DNA of 32,000 bases from Caedibacter taeniospiralis (GCF_002803295.2 NZ_PGGB02000002.1:1-32000); one strand, 5' to 3'; counted from the first letter of the stretch, positions 9,291 through 18,993 are shown. Numbers and translations are program-made. The notes: generated by a model from the letters alone, not told the origin.

Positions 9291-10340
9291 ATGAGAACAT
9301 TATTTTTGGATGCCTTACAAGGCAAGCCTGTTTCGCAAACTCCTGTGTGGATTATGCGCCAGGCTGGGCGTTATTTGCCTGAGTATCGGCAAACGCGCTC
9401 GAAGTTTAGTGATTTTATGGCAATGTGTAGAAATGCTGAAGCCTGCTCTGAGGTCGCTTTGCAGCCTTTAGATCGTTATGATTTAGATGCCGCGATTGTC
9501 TTTTCGGATATTTTAACCGTTCCTGAAGCAATGGGAATGAAGTTGCAATTTATCAGTGATAAAGGACCAGTATTTGAAAAACCGCTGAGAACTTTGCAGG
9601 ATATTAAGATGCTGGATTGCAAATATGCGATGGAAAAGCTGCAGTATGTGATGGATGCAGTTTCGACGACTAAAAAAGCGCTTATCAATCGCGTCCCTTT
9701 AATTGGCTTTAGCGGGAGTCCATGGACTTTAGCTGCCTATATGGTTGAAGGGCAGGGTTCTAAACAATTCACCCAGTTACGTAAAATGCTTTATAGTACT
9801 CCTGGGCTTTTGCATCAATTGTTAGCTGATTTAAGTAGGGTCATTGTCGATTACCTGGATCAGCAGGTCAAAGCAGGTGCAGATGCGGTGATGCTTTTTG
9901 ATACCTGGGGAGGCATGCTTTCCGAGAAAAATTATGCTCCATTTTCATTAAATTATATGCGGCAAATAACTAGTTTGCTTAAAGCGCGTCACCCACAAGT
10001 TCCAGTAACCTTATTTACCAAGGGCGGTGGATTATGGTTGGATCAATTAGCAAAAACAGGCTGTGATGGTATTGGTATTGATTGGAGTATAGATATTTAT
10101 CGCGCACGCGAAATTGTTAAAGATAGGCTCACCCTGCAGGGAAATCTGGATCCAGCGGCATTATATGGAAGCGATGAGAGCATAACTGAACAAGTGAAAT
10201 ATATACTTCAAAGTCAGAAAGAATATGGTCGCTTTGTGTTTAATTTGGGACATGGGGTGTATCCAGATATTTTGCCTGAGAAAGTAAAGGTAATGATTGA
10301 TGCCGTGCGCAAGTTTGGCAAAAAGCAAATAGAAAATTAA
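9291..10340 (+). CDS. hemE: uroporphyrinogen decarboxylase
   Basis: 349 aa with the N-terminal signature PVWIMRQAGRYLPEYR and full-length HemE collinearity. Confidence 0.96.
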   Translation: MRTLFLDALQGKPVSQTPVWIMRQAGRYLPEYRQTRSKFSDFMAMCRNAEACSEVALQPLDRYDLDAAIVFSDILTVPEAMGMKLQFISDKGPVFEKPLRTLQDIKMLDCKYAMEKLQYVMDAVSTTKKALINRVPLIGFSGSPWTLAAYMVEGQGSKQFTQLRKMLYSTPGLLHQLLADLSRVIVDYLDQQVKAGADAVMLFDTWGGMLSEKNYAPFSLNYMRQITSLLKARHPQVPVTLFTKGGGLWLDQLAKTGCDGIGIDWSIDIYRAREIVKDRLTLQGNLDPAALYGSDESITEQVKYILQSQKEYGRFVFNLGHGVYPDILPEKVKVMIDAVRKFGKKQIEN

Positions 10341-10350
10341 GTGAACTTGT

Positions 10351-12059
10351 ATGATAAAAAGAACAAAGCGATTTGAGTTTAAACGCAACCCTGAAACCAA
10401 TGAAATGTGGGTTGAAACAGATTTGCAGGGTAAAAATTTACTGACGCTTGCCTCCTTAAATAAAGGGACGGCATTTAGTGAACGCGAGCGAGAAGAGTTT
10501 GGCTTGCTTGGCAAACTGCCATTTCAGATTGAATCTATTGAGGAACAAAAGACGCGCGCATACCAGCAGTATAAATCCTTTAGAAGTAATATTGGACGCT
10601 ATAGTTTTTTAAAGAACCTGCACAATATCAACGAAACGCTTTTTTATCGTTTGGTGCGTGATAATTTAAATGAAATGCTGCCTGTCATATATACCCCCAC
10701 GGTTGGGGAAGCGGTGATGCGTTATAGTGAGCAGTTCTTGTCACCTCGTGGGCTTTATATCGCCTATCCTGATCGGCATAAAATGCGTGACATTTTACGC
10801 AATCGGACCAATTCAGACATTGATATTATCGTCGTCAGTGATGCAGAAGGGGTGCTTGGAATTGGTGACCAAGGGGTCGGGGGCATTGAGATTCCCGTGG
10901 CTAAGCTTATGGTTTATACGCTTTGCGCAGGTATCAACCCCGGGCGCTATTTGCCCGTATTTTTAGATGCAGGAACAAATAATAAGAAATTACTCGAAGA
11001 CCCTTTGTACCTTGGTTGGCGGCATGAGCGCGTGTGCGCGGTAAAGAATATGATGAAATGGTTCAGTTGTTTATTGAAGCCGTCAAAGAAGAAATGCCAG
11101 AAACTTTTCTACATTGGGAAGACTTTGGTCGTGATAATGCACGTAAAAATTTGCTTAAATATCAGAACGAAATCTGCAGCTTCAATCATGATGTGCAGGG
11201 AACGGCAGCGGTTGCCCTGGCAGCGCTTATTTCAGCGGCTAAGCGCATAGGAGTGAAGTTTAACACGCAAAAATTCGTGGTCTTTGGAGCAGGCACGGCA
11301 GGTCTTGGCATTGCCGATGAAATTGTTTCAGCCCTGGTACACTCTGGATTAACTAAAGAACAGGCTTATCAACGGTTTTGGTGCATTGATAAAGATGGTT
11401 TGTTGATTGTCGATCAGGAAATGATGGATTTCCAGAGACCTTATGCGTGTACGCGTGAGTCAGTTAAGGGTTGGGTGGCTGATGAGGCTGGACGAATTTC
11501 TCTCGTAGAAGTTGTCAAACAAGCTAAGCCTACAACCTTAATTGGTTGCTCAGGTGTCGCCAATGCTTTTACTGATGAGGTGATTATAGAGATGGCACGT
11601 AATAATCAGCATCCGATTATTTTTACCTTATCCAACCCAACAAGTCGCTGTGAGCGTGTGCCTGAAGATGTCATTCGCCTGACTAATGGGCAGGCTTTAG
11701 TTGCAACGGGAAGTCCATTTGAGGATGTGGGTTATAAAGGCAAAGTCTATCGCATTGCACAGTCAAATAATGCGCTGGTGTTTCCAGGTATTGGTCTGGG
11801 TATCGTTGCCATTGGTGCTAAGAGATTTACGGATAACATGTTATGGGCGGCGTGTAAAGCGTTAGCCAATTATTCAACGCAGGACGATGCCTTATTACCA
11901 AAGTTGAGTGAGGCATATAGCGTGAGTCGTCAAGTAGCGTTTGCCGTTGCCAGACAGGCGATTGCGGATGGGGTTGCTGAGGATGTTGATGATATTTGGC
12001 GCAAGATTGACCAGGTAATCTGGGAGCCAAAATATTACCCTTACTATCTTAAAAAGTGA
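10351..12059 (+). pseudogene. maeA: NAD(P)-dependent malic enzyme, frameshifted
   Basis: Two ORFs (10351..11250 in frame 1, 11034..12059 in frame 3) together are collinear with malic enzyme. Frame 1 gives ...LGWRHERV and frame 3 continues RGKEYDEMV. The sequence is CGC GTG [TG] CGC GGT AAA at 11029-11043, i.e. an extra TG in a GTGTG run at about 11035-11036. Confidence 0.85.
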
Positions 12060-12079
12060 CCGAAGGTATTGTGTATGCC

Positions 12080-13483
12080 TTACTTTCCTAGGTCTTTAAG
12101 TGCAACGCCGTTTTCTAAATTCTTTTCAATATGTTCCAGGCTGACACCTTTAGTTTCAGGCACGAAGAACTTCAGGAAGATCATGGAAAGAATACAAAAT
12201 CCGCCAAAAACAAAGAATATTGAGGCGTTACCATAGGCTTTCATAAAGCTTAAGGCATTTGCCATCACAGCACCCGCGAATGTCCAGTTGACCATGGTGG
12301 TGACAGTCATGCCGATTTCACGTCCCTTCAATGGGAAAATCTCTGCGCAAATCACCCATGCAACGGGTCCCCATGAGCAGGCAAAGCCAAATATATAAAC
12401 AATCGCGGAGATTAATAGAACTGCTTTAGGAAGTTCGCCAGGTGTCACACTACCTGAAATGGATAGGAAGGCAAAGCCCGCGGCAAACATTGAAACCATC
12501 ATCACGATGGCGCCAACATAAAGCAGTTTTTTTCTGCCCCATTTTTCAATCCATTTGATCGCAGGGAAGGTAAATAACATGTTGACCGTTGGGATGGCTA
12601 AGAGGGCAATAAGACCCGTCATGCCAGCATAACCGAAGATTGTCGGCGCGTAGTAAATCATCATGTTGATTCCAACTAATTGTTGGAACATTTGTAGGAT
12701 AACACCAATGATAAGGATTCTCCAAAAGAAACCCTTGGAAAGCATATTAAATCCAACCCCTTTATTGGCAACAATACTTTCTTTAATTTCTTTGATTTCC
12801 TCTTCAATTTCTTGCTGTGAAGCACGGACTTTTTTAAGCACAGACAGGGCTTTTTGATCCTGGTTTTTAAGTAGTAGCCAACGAGGGCTTTCTGGCAGAA
12901 ACAAGCTACCAAAGAACATGACCGCCGCGAAGACGACAATTACGCAAAACATTAAAGTCAGTGAAATACTCACGTGCCCCAAAGCCTTAGCAATAAACAC
13001 ATTGGTAACAGCAATCAGGAAAATACCGATGGTGATCATCAGCTGAAAGAGTGTTGCCATGCCGCCCCTAATGGATTTTGGTGCCGTTTCAGAAAGATAC
13101 AAAGGCACTGTAAATGAGGCAATTCCAACGGCAAATCCTAAGCCAAAGCGGCAGGCTGTTAATATGCCAAGTGGTGGCAGAAACGCAGAGATTAATGAGA
13201 AGGCAGAAAATAAAAACCCCGCTAGAACAAGCACTCTTTTTCGTCCTAATGCGCGCGCAAACAGTCCGCTGACTAGGGCACCCACAATTCCGCCCCAGGC
13301 TAAGACAGCAGAGTAATGTTCTCCTTGCTGTGTGGTGAGTCCATAGACGTTGTCAATGGTTGATAAGGAATTTGCTATAAATCCCTGATCCAAACCAAAC
13401 AAAAGTCCACCAAGTGCCCCGATCAAGCACACCATATAGATAAGCTTCTGGTACTCTTTTTTTGCGTCGATATTTGCTGTCAT
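12080..13483 (-). CDS. MFS sugar porter (sugar:H+ symporter family)
   Basis: Multi-TM protein with sugar-porter signatures GRKRVL, PESPRWL and PETKG. Start chosen at Met9 (ATG 13483) because GGAG lies 7 nt upstream. The track start at 13507 has no SD. Confidence 0.9.
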   Translation of the reverse strand: MTANIDAKKEYQKLIYMVCLIGALGGLLFGLDQGFIANSLSTIDNVYGLTTQQGEHYSAVLAWGGIVGALVSGLFARALGRKRVLVLAGFLFSAFSLISAFLPPLGILTACRFGLGFAVGIASFTVPLYLSETAPKSIRGGMATLFQLMITIGIFLIAVTNVFIAKALGHVSISLTLMFCVIVVFAAVMFFGSLFLPESPRWLLLKNQDQKALSVLKKVRASQQEIEEEIKEIKESIVANKGVGFNMLSKGFFWRILIIGVILQMFQQLVGINMMIYYAPTIFGYAGMTGLIALLAIPTVNMLFTFPAIKWIEKWGRKKLLYVGAIVMMVSMFAAGFAFLSISGSVTPGELPKAVLLISAIVYIFGFACSWGPVAWVICAEIFPLKGREIGMTVTTMVNWTFAGAVMANALSFMKAYGNASIFFVFGGFCILSMIFLKFFVPETKGVSLEHIEKNLENGVALKDLGK

Positions 13484-13617
13484 TTTTTTTCTCCTGACCT
13501 TAGTCATTATCTAGAGTTTATAATTCCAGGCGCTATTGCAGCAATAATTGCATTTCATGTCAATAAATTACGTTATTTAAATGGGAAAAGAGTTCCAGGG
13601 CTTGCTGATTCCAAAGT

Positions 13618-13645
13618 TTGACATTTATGACTCTAAGCGTATATT
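13618..13645 (+). promoter_or_regulatory. sigma70 promoter candidate for the ROK kinase / PMI genes
   Basis: TTGACA (13618-13623), 16-nt spacer, TATATT (13640-13645), about 40 nt upstream of the ATG at 13684. Confidence 0.5.
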
Positions 13646-13683
13646 GGCGACAGGTTTTTTCGGTCATGAGGCAAATTGATAAG

Positions 13684-14582
13684 ATGCGTAAATTTTTAGG
13701 GGCAATAGAGGCGGGAGGTACTAAATTTGTATGTGCCATTGGCACGGATCAAGGGGAAATATTGGATCGTGTGCGTTTTGCAACAAAGACTCCTGAGCAA
13801 ACGATGGCAGAAGTGGTTGAGTTTTTCCATCAGCATATGACTCAATACTCAATCAGTGCGATTGGTTGTGGTTCTTTTGGTCCTATTGACCCTGATAAGT
13901 CCTCTGATACATACGGACACATTACGCATACGCCAAAGCTTGCCTGGCGAAATTATAATATTGTCAAAACATTGGAAGATGCTTTAAGTGTTTACCCGTG
14001 GCATTTGATACAGATGTTAATGCTGCAGCTTTAGGTGAGTATCACTGGGGAGCGGGCAAAGGCTTAAGCGATCTTGTTTATCTTACCGTTGGGACGGGGA
14101 TTGGTGGAGGTATTATAGTCAATCATCAATTAGTTCATGGTAGCGCACATCCTGAGATGGGGCATATTTATGTTCCTGTGGATTTAACCAAAGATGACTT
14201 CAAAGGTGTTTGCCCCTCACATGGTAATTGTTTCGAGGGACTTGCATCGGGTCCTGCATTAAAAGCACGTTGGCAGGTAAAATCCGCACTTGATTTGCCA
14301 AATGATCATAAGGCCTGGGATATTGAAGCGGACTATTTATCTTATGCCTTAGTGAATTACATCATGTGTTTTATGCCAAAGCGCATTATCTTAGGTGGTG
14401 GGGTGATGAAACAAACCCATCTTTTTGAGAAAATCCGCAAAGCAGTGCGACAAAAAATCAATGGTTATTTAAATCAGGTCTATTGTGATCGTTTGGAAAC
14501 CATTATTGTGCCACCTGCTCTGGCAGACAATGCAGGCATTATGGGTGCATTGGCTTTGGCGAATACGCTCACAATTGAATAG
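13684..14582 (+). pseudogene. ROK-family fructokinase/mannokinase, frameshifted
   Basis: N-terminal half (MRKFLGAIEAGGTKF...GSFGPID) is in frame 1. The C-terminal half (PVAFDTDVNAAALGE...CPSHGNCFEGL) is in frame 3. The switch occurs at the GTTT run around 13990-13993, consistent with loss of one T (expected ...ALSVLPVAFDTD). Confidence 0.85.
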
Positions 14583-14635
14583 CACTACTGCAAGTGGCTT
14601 GAGAATAAACAGTCTAATAAAGAAGGTACACAAAA

Positions 14636-14992
14636 ATGAATATCAATGAAGTTGGAAAGGTATATGAAAGACCCTGGGGAACCTACCGCACGATTGAGCT
14701 CGCAACAGGCTATCAGGTTAAAGTAATTACGGTAAACCCAGGGGGGCAGTTGTCGCTACAAAAACACTTCAAGCGGGCTGAGCATTGGGTGGTGGTCAAA
14801 GGCTCGCCAACATTTACCATTAGTGAGAGTAAAAAGACTTATCTGGTTAACGAACATGTTTACATCGAAAAGGAAGAAGTACATCGTATGGAAAATAATA
14901 CCGATCTGCCTTGTGAAATTGTTGAAGTCCAAATCGGCAATTATCTCGGTGAGGACGACATTGTTCGGCTAGAGGATATTTATAACCGTTAA
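14636..14992 (+). CDS. cupin-type mannose-6-phosphate isomerase (type II PMI C-terminal domain-like)
   Basis: 118 aa with PWGTY...YQVKVITVNPGGQLSLQKHFKRAEHWVVVKG...H, a cupin metal-binding pattern as in ManC/PMI cupin domains. GAAGG-type SD upstream. Confidence 0.85.
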   Translation: MNINEVGKVYERPWGTYRTIELATGYQVKVITVNPGGQLSLQKHFKRAEHWVVVKGSPTFTISESKKTYLVNEHVYIEKEEVHRMENNTDLPCEIVEVQIGNYLGEDDIVRLEDIYNR

Positions 14993-14994
14993 AT

Positions 14995-15024
14995 ATGTAC
15001 TTATATGAGTACTTGCTCTATAAT
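14995..15024 (+). promoter_or_regulatory. yefM-yoeB promoter with GTAC-core palindromic operator candidate
   Basis: Imperfect 20-bp palindrome ATGTACTTATATGAGTACTT (14995-15014, 16 of 20 self-complementary) with two GTAC cores. Immediately followed by TATAAT (15019-15024). The E. coli yefM operator also uses TGTACA-core repeats. Confidence 0.55.
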
Positions 15025-15058
15025 CCAGGCATCCTGATTTTAAGTGAAAAGATTTTTT

Positions 15059-15316
15059 ATGCATACCGTCAACTATAGTAATTTTGGCAACCAGCTTGCA
15101 GCTTCCATGGATAAGGTTGTAATGGATCATCAACCAATGATTGTTACCAGAGGCAGCGATAAATCTGCGGTGGTGGTGATGTCTTTGGAGGACTTCAAAT
15201 CGTATGAAGAGACTGCTTATTTGATGTCAAGCTATGTAAATGCAAGCCGTTTAAATGCAGCGATTAAGGAAATCAATAACCAGCAAGTGCAACGACATGG
15301 AATAATTGAGGAATGA
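15059..15316 (+). CDS. yefM: type II antitoxin YefM (Phd/YefM family)
   Basis: MHTVNYSNF...VVMSLEDFKSYEETAYL aligns from residue 1 with E. coli YefM (MRTISYSEA...LMSLEEYNSLEETAYL). I prefer ATG 15059 over the track GTG at 15044. Confidence 0.92.
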   Translation: MHTVNYSNFGNQLAASMDKVVMDHQPMIVTRGSDKSAVVVMSLEDFKSYEETAYLMSSYVNASRLNAAIKEINNQQVQRHGIIEE

Positions 15317-15570
15317 TCCTGGCTTGGTCAACGTGTGCTTGGGAAGATTATCTTTTTTGGCAGGAAAATGATAAAAAGAAGCTAAAGCGCATCAATCAGT
15401 TGATCAAAGACATTAAGCGAACGCCTTTTTCTGGTCTGGGTGATCCTGAACCTTTGCGTTATAATTGGGCAGGTTTCTGGTCGCGGCGCATTGATCGTGA
15501 ACACCGCTTGGTCTATCAATATGAAAATAATACCATCACCATTGCCCAATGTCGTTTTCACTACGGCTAA
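15313..15570 (+). CDS. yoeB: type II toxin YoeB (ribosome-dependent mRNA interferase)
   Basis: 85 aa with an ATGA overlap with yefM. WEDYLFWQENDKK...GFWSRRIDREHRLVY...CRFHY retains the YoeB catalytic-type residues (E, R, H-Y). Confidence 0.93.
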   Translation: MILAWSTCAWEDYLFWQENDKKKLKRINQLIKDIKRTPFSGLGDPEPLRYNWAGFWSRRIDREHRLVYQYENNTITIAQCRFHYG

Positions 15571-15587
15571 CTCTCCTAAAATAAAAA

Positions 15588-15615
15588 CTTGTAATTTTGG
15601 GCTCCAGCGCAATCT
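15588..15615 (+). promoter_or_regulatory. weak sigma32-like promoter candidate for hslVU
   Basis: CTTGTAA (15588-15594), 13-nt spacer, CGCAATCT (15608-15615). This is only a partial match to CTTGAAA-N13-15-CCCCATNT. Confidence 0.3.
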
Positions 15616-15662
15616 ATAGCGATTATGTTTTTTACCAACCCAACAATTAAGCAGGGAAATGT

Positions 15663-16217
15663 ATGTTAGAAATGAAAGGCACTACGATTTTATGCGTGCG
15701 CCGTGGTGATGAAGTAGTGATTGGTGGTGATGGTCAAGCGACTCTAGGCAATACGGTGGCTAAGGATAATATTGTTAAAGTGCGTAAATTAAGTAATGGC
15801 AAGGTGTTGACAGGTTTTGCAGGTTCAACCGCAGATGCGTTTACGTTGTTTGAAAAATTTGAGCAAAAGCTCGATTTTTATCAGGGAAATTTAGAGCGTG
15901 CGTCGGTTGAAATGGTACGTGAATGGCGTTTGGATCGAATGATGAGTAAATTGGAGGCGATGATTATTGTAGCTGATGAAAATAAATCACTCCTTATCTC
16001 TGGCGTTGGAGATGTCATGGCAGCCGATGAAAGAGGTATCTTGTCGATTGGTTCAGGTTCGGCCTTTGCAAAAGCCGCAGCTCACGCTTTGGTCGATAAC
16101 ACGGATTTGCCAGCCTACGAAATCGTGCAAAAAAGCTTAAATATCGCTGCAGATATTTGTATTTACACCAATCATAATTTAACCATTGAAAAATTACCCA
16201 ACAAGGCAAAAGCATAA
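15663..16217 (+). CDS. hslV: ATP-dependent protease subunit HslV
   Basis: 184 aa. GTTILCVRR...[12 protein letters not shown]...[17 protein letters not shown] is collinear with HslV. AGGGA lies 5 nt upstream. The catalytic Thr is preceded by a short leader (MLEMKG). Confidence 0.95.
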   Translation: MLEMKGTTILCVRRGDEVVIGGDGQATLGNTVAKDNIVKVRKLSNGKVLTGFAGSTADAFTLFEKFEQKLDFYQGNLERASVEMVREWRLDRMMSKLEAMIIVADENKSLLISGVGDVMAADERGILSIGSGSAFAKAAAHALVDNTDLPAYEIVQKSLNIAADICIYTNHNLTIEKLPNKAKA

Positions 16218-16241
16218 GCCATTTTTGTTAAGGAAGAGACT

Positions 16242-17591
16242 ATGTCGCAAATGACACCTAAAGAAATTGTAAGTGAATTAGATCGTTTTATCATTGGTCA
16301 GAAAGCTGCTAAAAAAGCCGTGGCCATTGCCCTTAGAAACCGCTGGCGCAGAATGCAATTAGAAGAAGGAATGCGCCAGGAGGTAACCCCTAAAAATATT
16401 TTAATGATCGGACCCACAGGGGTTGGTAAAACTGAAATTGCGCGACGCTTGGCAAAACTTGCTAATGCCCCATTTATCAAGATTGAGGCAACAAAATTTA
16501 CGGAAGTTGGTTATGTGGGTAAGGATGTAGATTCTATCATTCGTGATCTGGCTGATATTGCGATTAAAATGTACCGTGAGCAGGAGAAAACAAAAGTATC
16601 CGTGCGTGCGGATGTGCTTGCCAGAGAGCGTATCCTCGATGCGCTATTACCTCCAGCAAGAGAAAGTAAGGTTGGTTTCGCTAATGAGCCTATTGAGATG
16701 GAGCAAAAAAGCGAAAGCACCACACGCCAGTTATTTAGAAAAAAACTGGAGGCTGGCGAGCTGAATGACAAAGAAATTGAAATTGATATTGCAATGGCAC
16801 CGCAGCAGATGAATATCATGGGACCTCCAGGCATGGAGGATATGACCGATCAGCTGCAAAACCTGTTTTCTGCCATGGGGAACGAACGTAGAAAACGCAG
16901 AAAAATTAAAGTTAAAGATGCCCTGAAGTTATTGCAAGATGAAGAAGCAGGCAAGCTTGTTAATGAAGATGACGTTAAGCTTAAAGCGATTGAGGCGGTT
17001 GAACAGAACGGGATTGTGTTTATTGATGAGATTGACAAGGTATGTAAAAGATCAGAACAGCGCGGAGGTGATGTCTCACGCGAAGGTGTGCAGCGTGATT
17101 TGTTGCCATTGGTTGAAGGCTCAACCGTAAGTACCAAATATGGCATGATAAAAACCGATCATATATTATTTATTGCCTCAGGGGCATTTCATGTGGCTAA
17201 ACCATCCGACTTAATTCCTGAACTGCAAGGTCGTTTACCAATTCGTGTTGAGCTTAGATCTCTTGAGGTAGAAGACTTTGTGCGTATTCTTAGCGAGCCT
17301 GATTATTCGCTAATTAAACAATATATTGCGTTATTAGCTACGGAAGCGCTTAATGTGACTTTTGACAACGATGCGGTGAGGCGTGTCGCTGAGATTGCAT
17401 ATCGGGTTAATGAAGAAGTTGAAAACATTGGTGCAAGGCGCTTACATACGGTATTGGAGCGATTGTTGGAAGAAGTATCTTTTGATGCGTCAGATCGGAC
17501 TGAAAAAAGCTTCAACATAAGCGCGGATTATGTTAATGAAAAACTAGGTGATTTGGTCAAGGATCGTGACTTAAGCCAGTATATTCTTTAG
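16242..17591 (+). CDS. hslU: ATP-dependent protease ATPase subunit HslU
   Basis: 449 aa. [17 protein letters not shown], Walker A GPTGVGKT, Walker B VFIDEIDK, and C-terminal LSQYIL. Confidence 0.97.
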   Translation: MSQMTPKEIVSELDRFIIGQKAAKKAVAIALRNRWRRMQLEEGMRQEVTPKNILMIGPTGVGKTEIARRLAKLANAPFIKIEATKFTEVGYVGKDVDSIIRDLADIAIKMYREQEKTKVSVRADVLARERILDALLPPARESKVGFANEPIEMEQKSESTTRQLFRKKLEAGELNDKEIEIDIAMAPQQMNIMGPPGMEDMTDQLQNLFSAMGNERRKRRKIKVKDALKLLQDEEAGKLVNEDDVKLKAIEAVEQNGIVFIDEIDKVCKRSEQRGGDVSREGVQRDLLPLVEGSTVSTKYGMIKTDHILFIASGAFHVAKPSDLIPELQGRLPIRVELRSLEVEDFVRILSEPDYSLIKQYIALLATEALNVTFDNDAVRRVAEIAYRVNEEVENIGARRLHTVLERLLEEVSFDASDRTEKSFNISADYVNEKLGDLVKDRDLSQYIL

Positions 17592-17649
17592 TACATTTAA
17601 GCAGCTAAATAAAATTCGGTGATAACCATAGAAAACTCAAAAAATGCAA

Positions 17650-17677
17650 TTGACTTTGGGGCTTTAGCCCTTATAAT
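17650..17677 (+). promoter_or_regulatory. near-consensus sigma70 promoter of the tRNA operon
   Basis: TTGACT (17650-17655), 16-nt spacer, TATAAT (17672-17677), 13 nt upstream of tRNA-Gly. Confidence 0.7.
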
Positions 17678-17690
17678 CTGTCCCTGTTCT

Positions 17691-17765
17691 GCGGGAATAG
17701 CTCAGCGGTAGAGCACAACCTTGCCAAGGTTGGGGTCGCGAGTTCGAACCTCGTTTCCCGCTCCA
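17691..17765 (+). tRNA. glyW: tRNA-Gly (anticodon GCC)
   Basis: Near-identical to E. coli tRNA-Gly(GCC): GCGGGAATAGCTCAG...CCTTGCCAAGG...GGTTCGA-type T arm. Ends in an encoded CCA. Confidence 0.95.
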
Positions 17766-17768
17766 GAT

Positions 17769-17842
17769 GGCTGGGTAGCAAAATGGTTATGCAGAGGCCT
17801 GCAAAGCCTTGGACACCGGTTCGATTCCGGTCTCAGCCTCCA
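17769..17842 (+). tRNA. cysT: tRNA-Cys (anticodon GCA)
   Basis: 74 nt. Acceptor GGCTGGG/TCTCAGCC, anticodon loop CTGCAAA, T arm CCGGTTCGATTCCGG, encoded CCA. Confidence 0.93.
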
Positions 17843-17857
17843 GAACAAAGTTTTAGT

Positions 17858-17946
17858 GCCTGGGTGGTGAAATAGGTAGACACAAGGGACTTAAAATCCC
17901 TCGAGACTTAACTCTCGTGCCGGTTCGACTCCGGCCCCAGGCACCA
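17858..17946 (+). tRNA. leuZ: tRNA-Leu (anticodon TAA), long variable arm
   Basis: 89 nt. Acceptor GCCTGGG/CCCAGGC, anticodon loop CTTAAAA, variable arm CGAGACTTAACTCTCG, encoded CCA. Same Gly-Cys-Leu order as the E. coli glyW-cysT-leuZ operon. Confidence 0.93.
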
Positions 17947-18060
17947 TGTCTACGTTCATTTTCATGGCGACAGATTTTTGCAATGCGAGAGCGCTTGCTT
18001 GTCCTTTCAACTTAGACTAGACTGCTGTGCTTCGAAAATAGACAAATCAACATAATTACA

Positions 18061-18405
18061 ATGGAAACAAAGCAAATTTTAGATTTAGCCGTGAATGCCC
18101 TTGAGGATATCAAAGCCGAAAATATCACCGTTATGAATGTTGAGCATTTAACTGAGCTTATGAGCTACGTGGTTGTGTGTACGGCTAACTCTGGCACGCA
18201 CGCAAAGGCACTTGCCAGTCATCTTGAGCTGACGGCAAAAAGAAATATGCTGACCATACTCGGTGTTGAGGGTGAAGCCAAAAGTGATTGGGTATTGGTT
18301 GATCTAGGCGATGTCGTCGTCCATATTATGCGCGAAGAAACCAGACAGTTTTATCAGTTAGAAAAACTTTGGGATATCAAACCAAATTCACCAAAAGCGC
18401 TTTAA
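18061..18405 (+). CDS. rsfS: ribosome silencing factor RsfS (Iojap family)
   Basis: 114 aa. ...VVCTANSGTHAKALASHL...GVEGEAKSDWVLVDLGDVVVHIMREETRQFYQLEKLW is collinear with E. coli RsfS. Confidence 0.93.
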   Translation: METKQILDLAVNALEDIKAENITVMNVEHLTELMSYVVVCTANSGTHAKALASHLELTAKRNMLTILGVEGEAKSDWVLVDLGDVVVHIMREETRQFYQLEKLWDIKPNSPKAL

Positions 18406-18477
18406 TAACATGCAAAAAACAGCGTCAAACTTATGGGTAGTTATTTGAGATAAATATGCCAGAAAAATAACCGTTTT

Positions 18478-18747
18478 TTAGGCAGTGCTGAGTAGCAGTT
18501 TCATTTCTTCAGGGGAGACAAATCCGGCTAAACGTCTGGTGGCCTTACGAATTTCAGAGATGGGCAATACCACCTGGCATAATCGATTAAGAAAAACAGT
18601 ACCTGACTTACAACCACGCGCTGCCGCTAGATTTATAATATAGCGCATACGCTCAAGTGTTCTTTTATCTTTGGTCACTGATTGATTAAATGATTGTAAA
18701 TAATTAACCACCCAATCAAAAGTTAGCAAGAACTTTCCTTTCAACAT
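18478..18747 (-). CDS. hypothetical protein, 89 aa
   Basis: AGGAG lies 6 nt upstream of the ATG (complement of 18754-18758). No family recognised. The C-terminal ...FVSPEEMKLLLSTA resembles the linker motif that follows the N-terminal domain of tyrosine recombinases, but this is a weak impression. Confidence 0.5.
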   Translation of the reverse strand: MLKGKFLLTFDWVVNYLQSFNQSVTKDKRTLERMRYIINLAAARGCKSGTVFLNRLCQVVLPISEIRKATRRLAGFVSPEEMKLLLSTA

Positions 18748-18993
18748 GCGGAACTCCTATTTAGCTTTGGCTGCTTGCACGCAATGATGACAGGCAAGGT
18801 GATTTATTTCAAGTTTCGGCAAGCAAATAATTGCTGTTTCCACGCCTGAAAGCGATGACTGATCAAGCGTGATTACAAAACAAAATACTTGTTTTTGCAA
18901 TCTGCATCCGAGCCTAAAAAACACTTTATATTTTCAAAAATTTGGGTATATTCTCTAAACAAAATTCAAGCAATAGCATTTTAGGATAACTCC

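Noticed and set aside
9065-9325. 86-aa minus-strand ORF
   Set aside because: It spans MITE copy B and overlaps the hemE start. It is an artefact of the repeat.
11020-11045. Programmed ribosomal frameshift in the malic enzyme gene
   Set aside because: There is no slippery heptamer or downstream structure. The lesion is a simple extra TG in GTGTG, and malic enzymes are not known to use recoding. A pseudogene or sequence error is more parsimonious.
15663-15680. HslV start problem: the catalytic Thr is not at position 2 (MLEMKGTT...)
   Set aside because: Short N-terminal leaders before the GTT motif are common in beta- and gammaproteobacterial HslV and are removed by processing. The ATG at 15663 has the better SD. 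This is not an anomaly.
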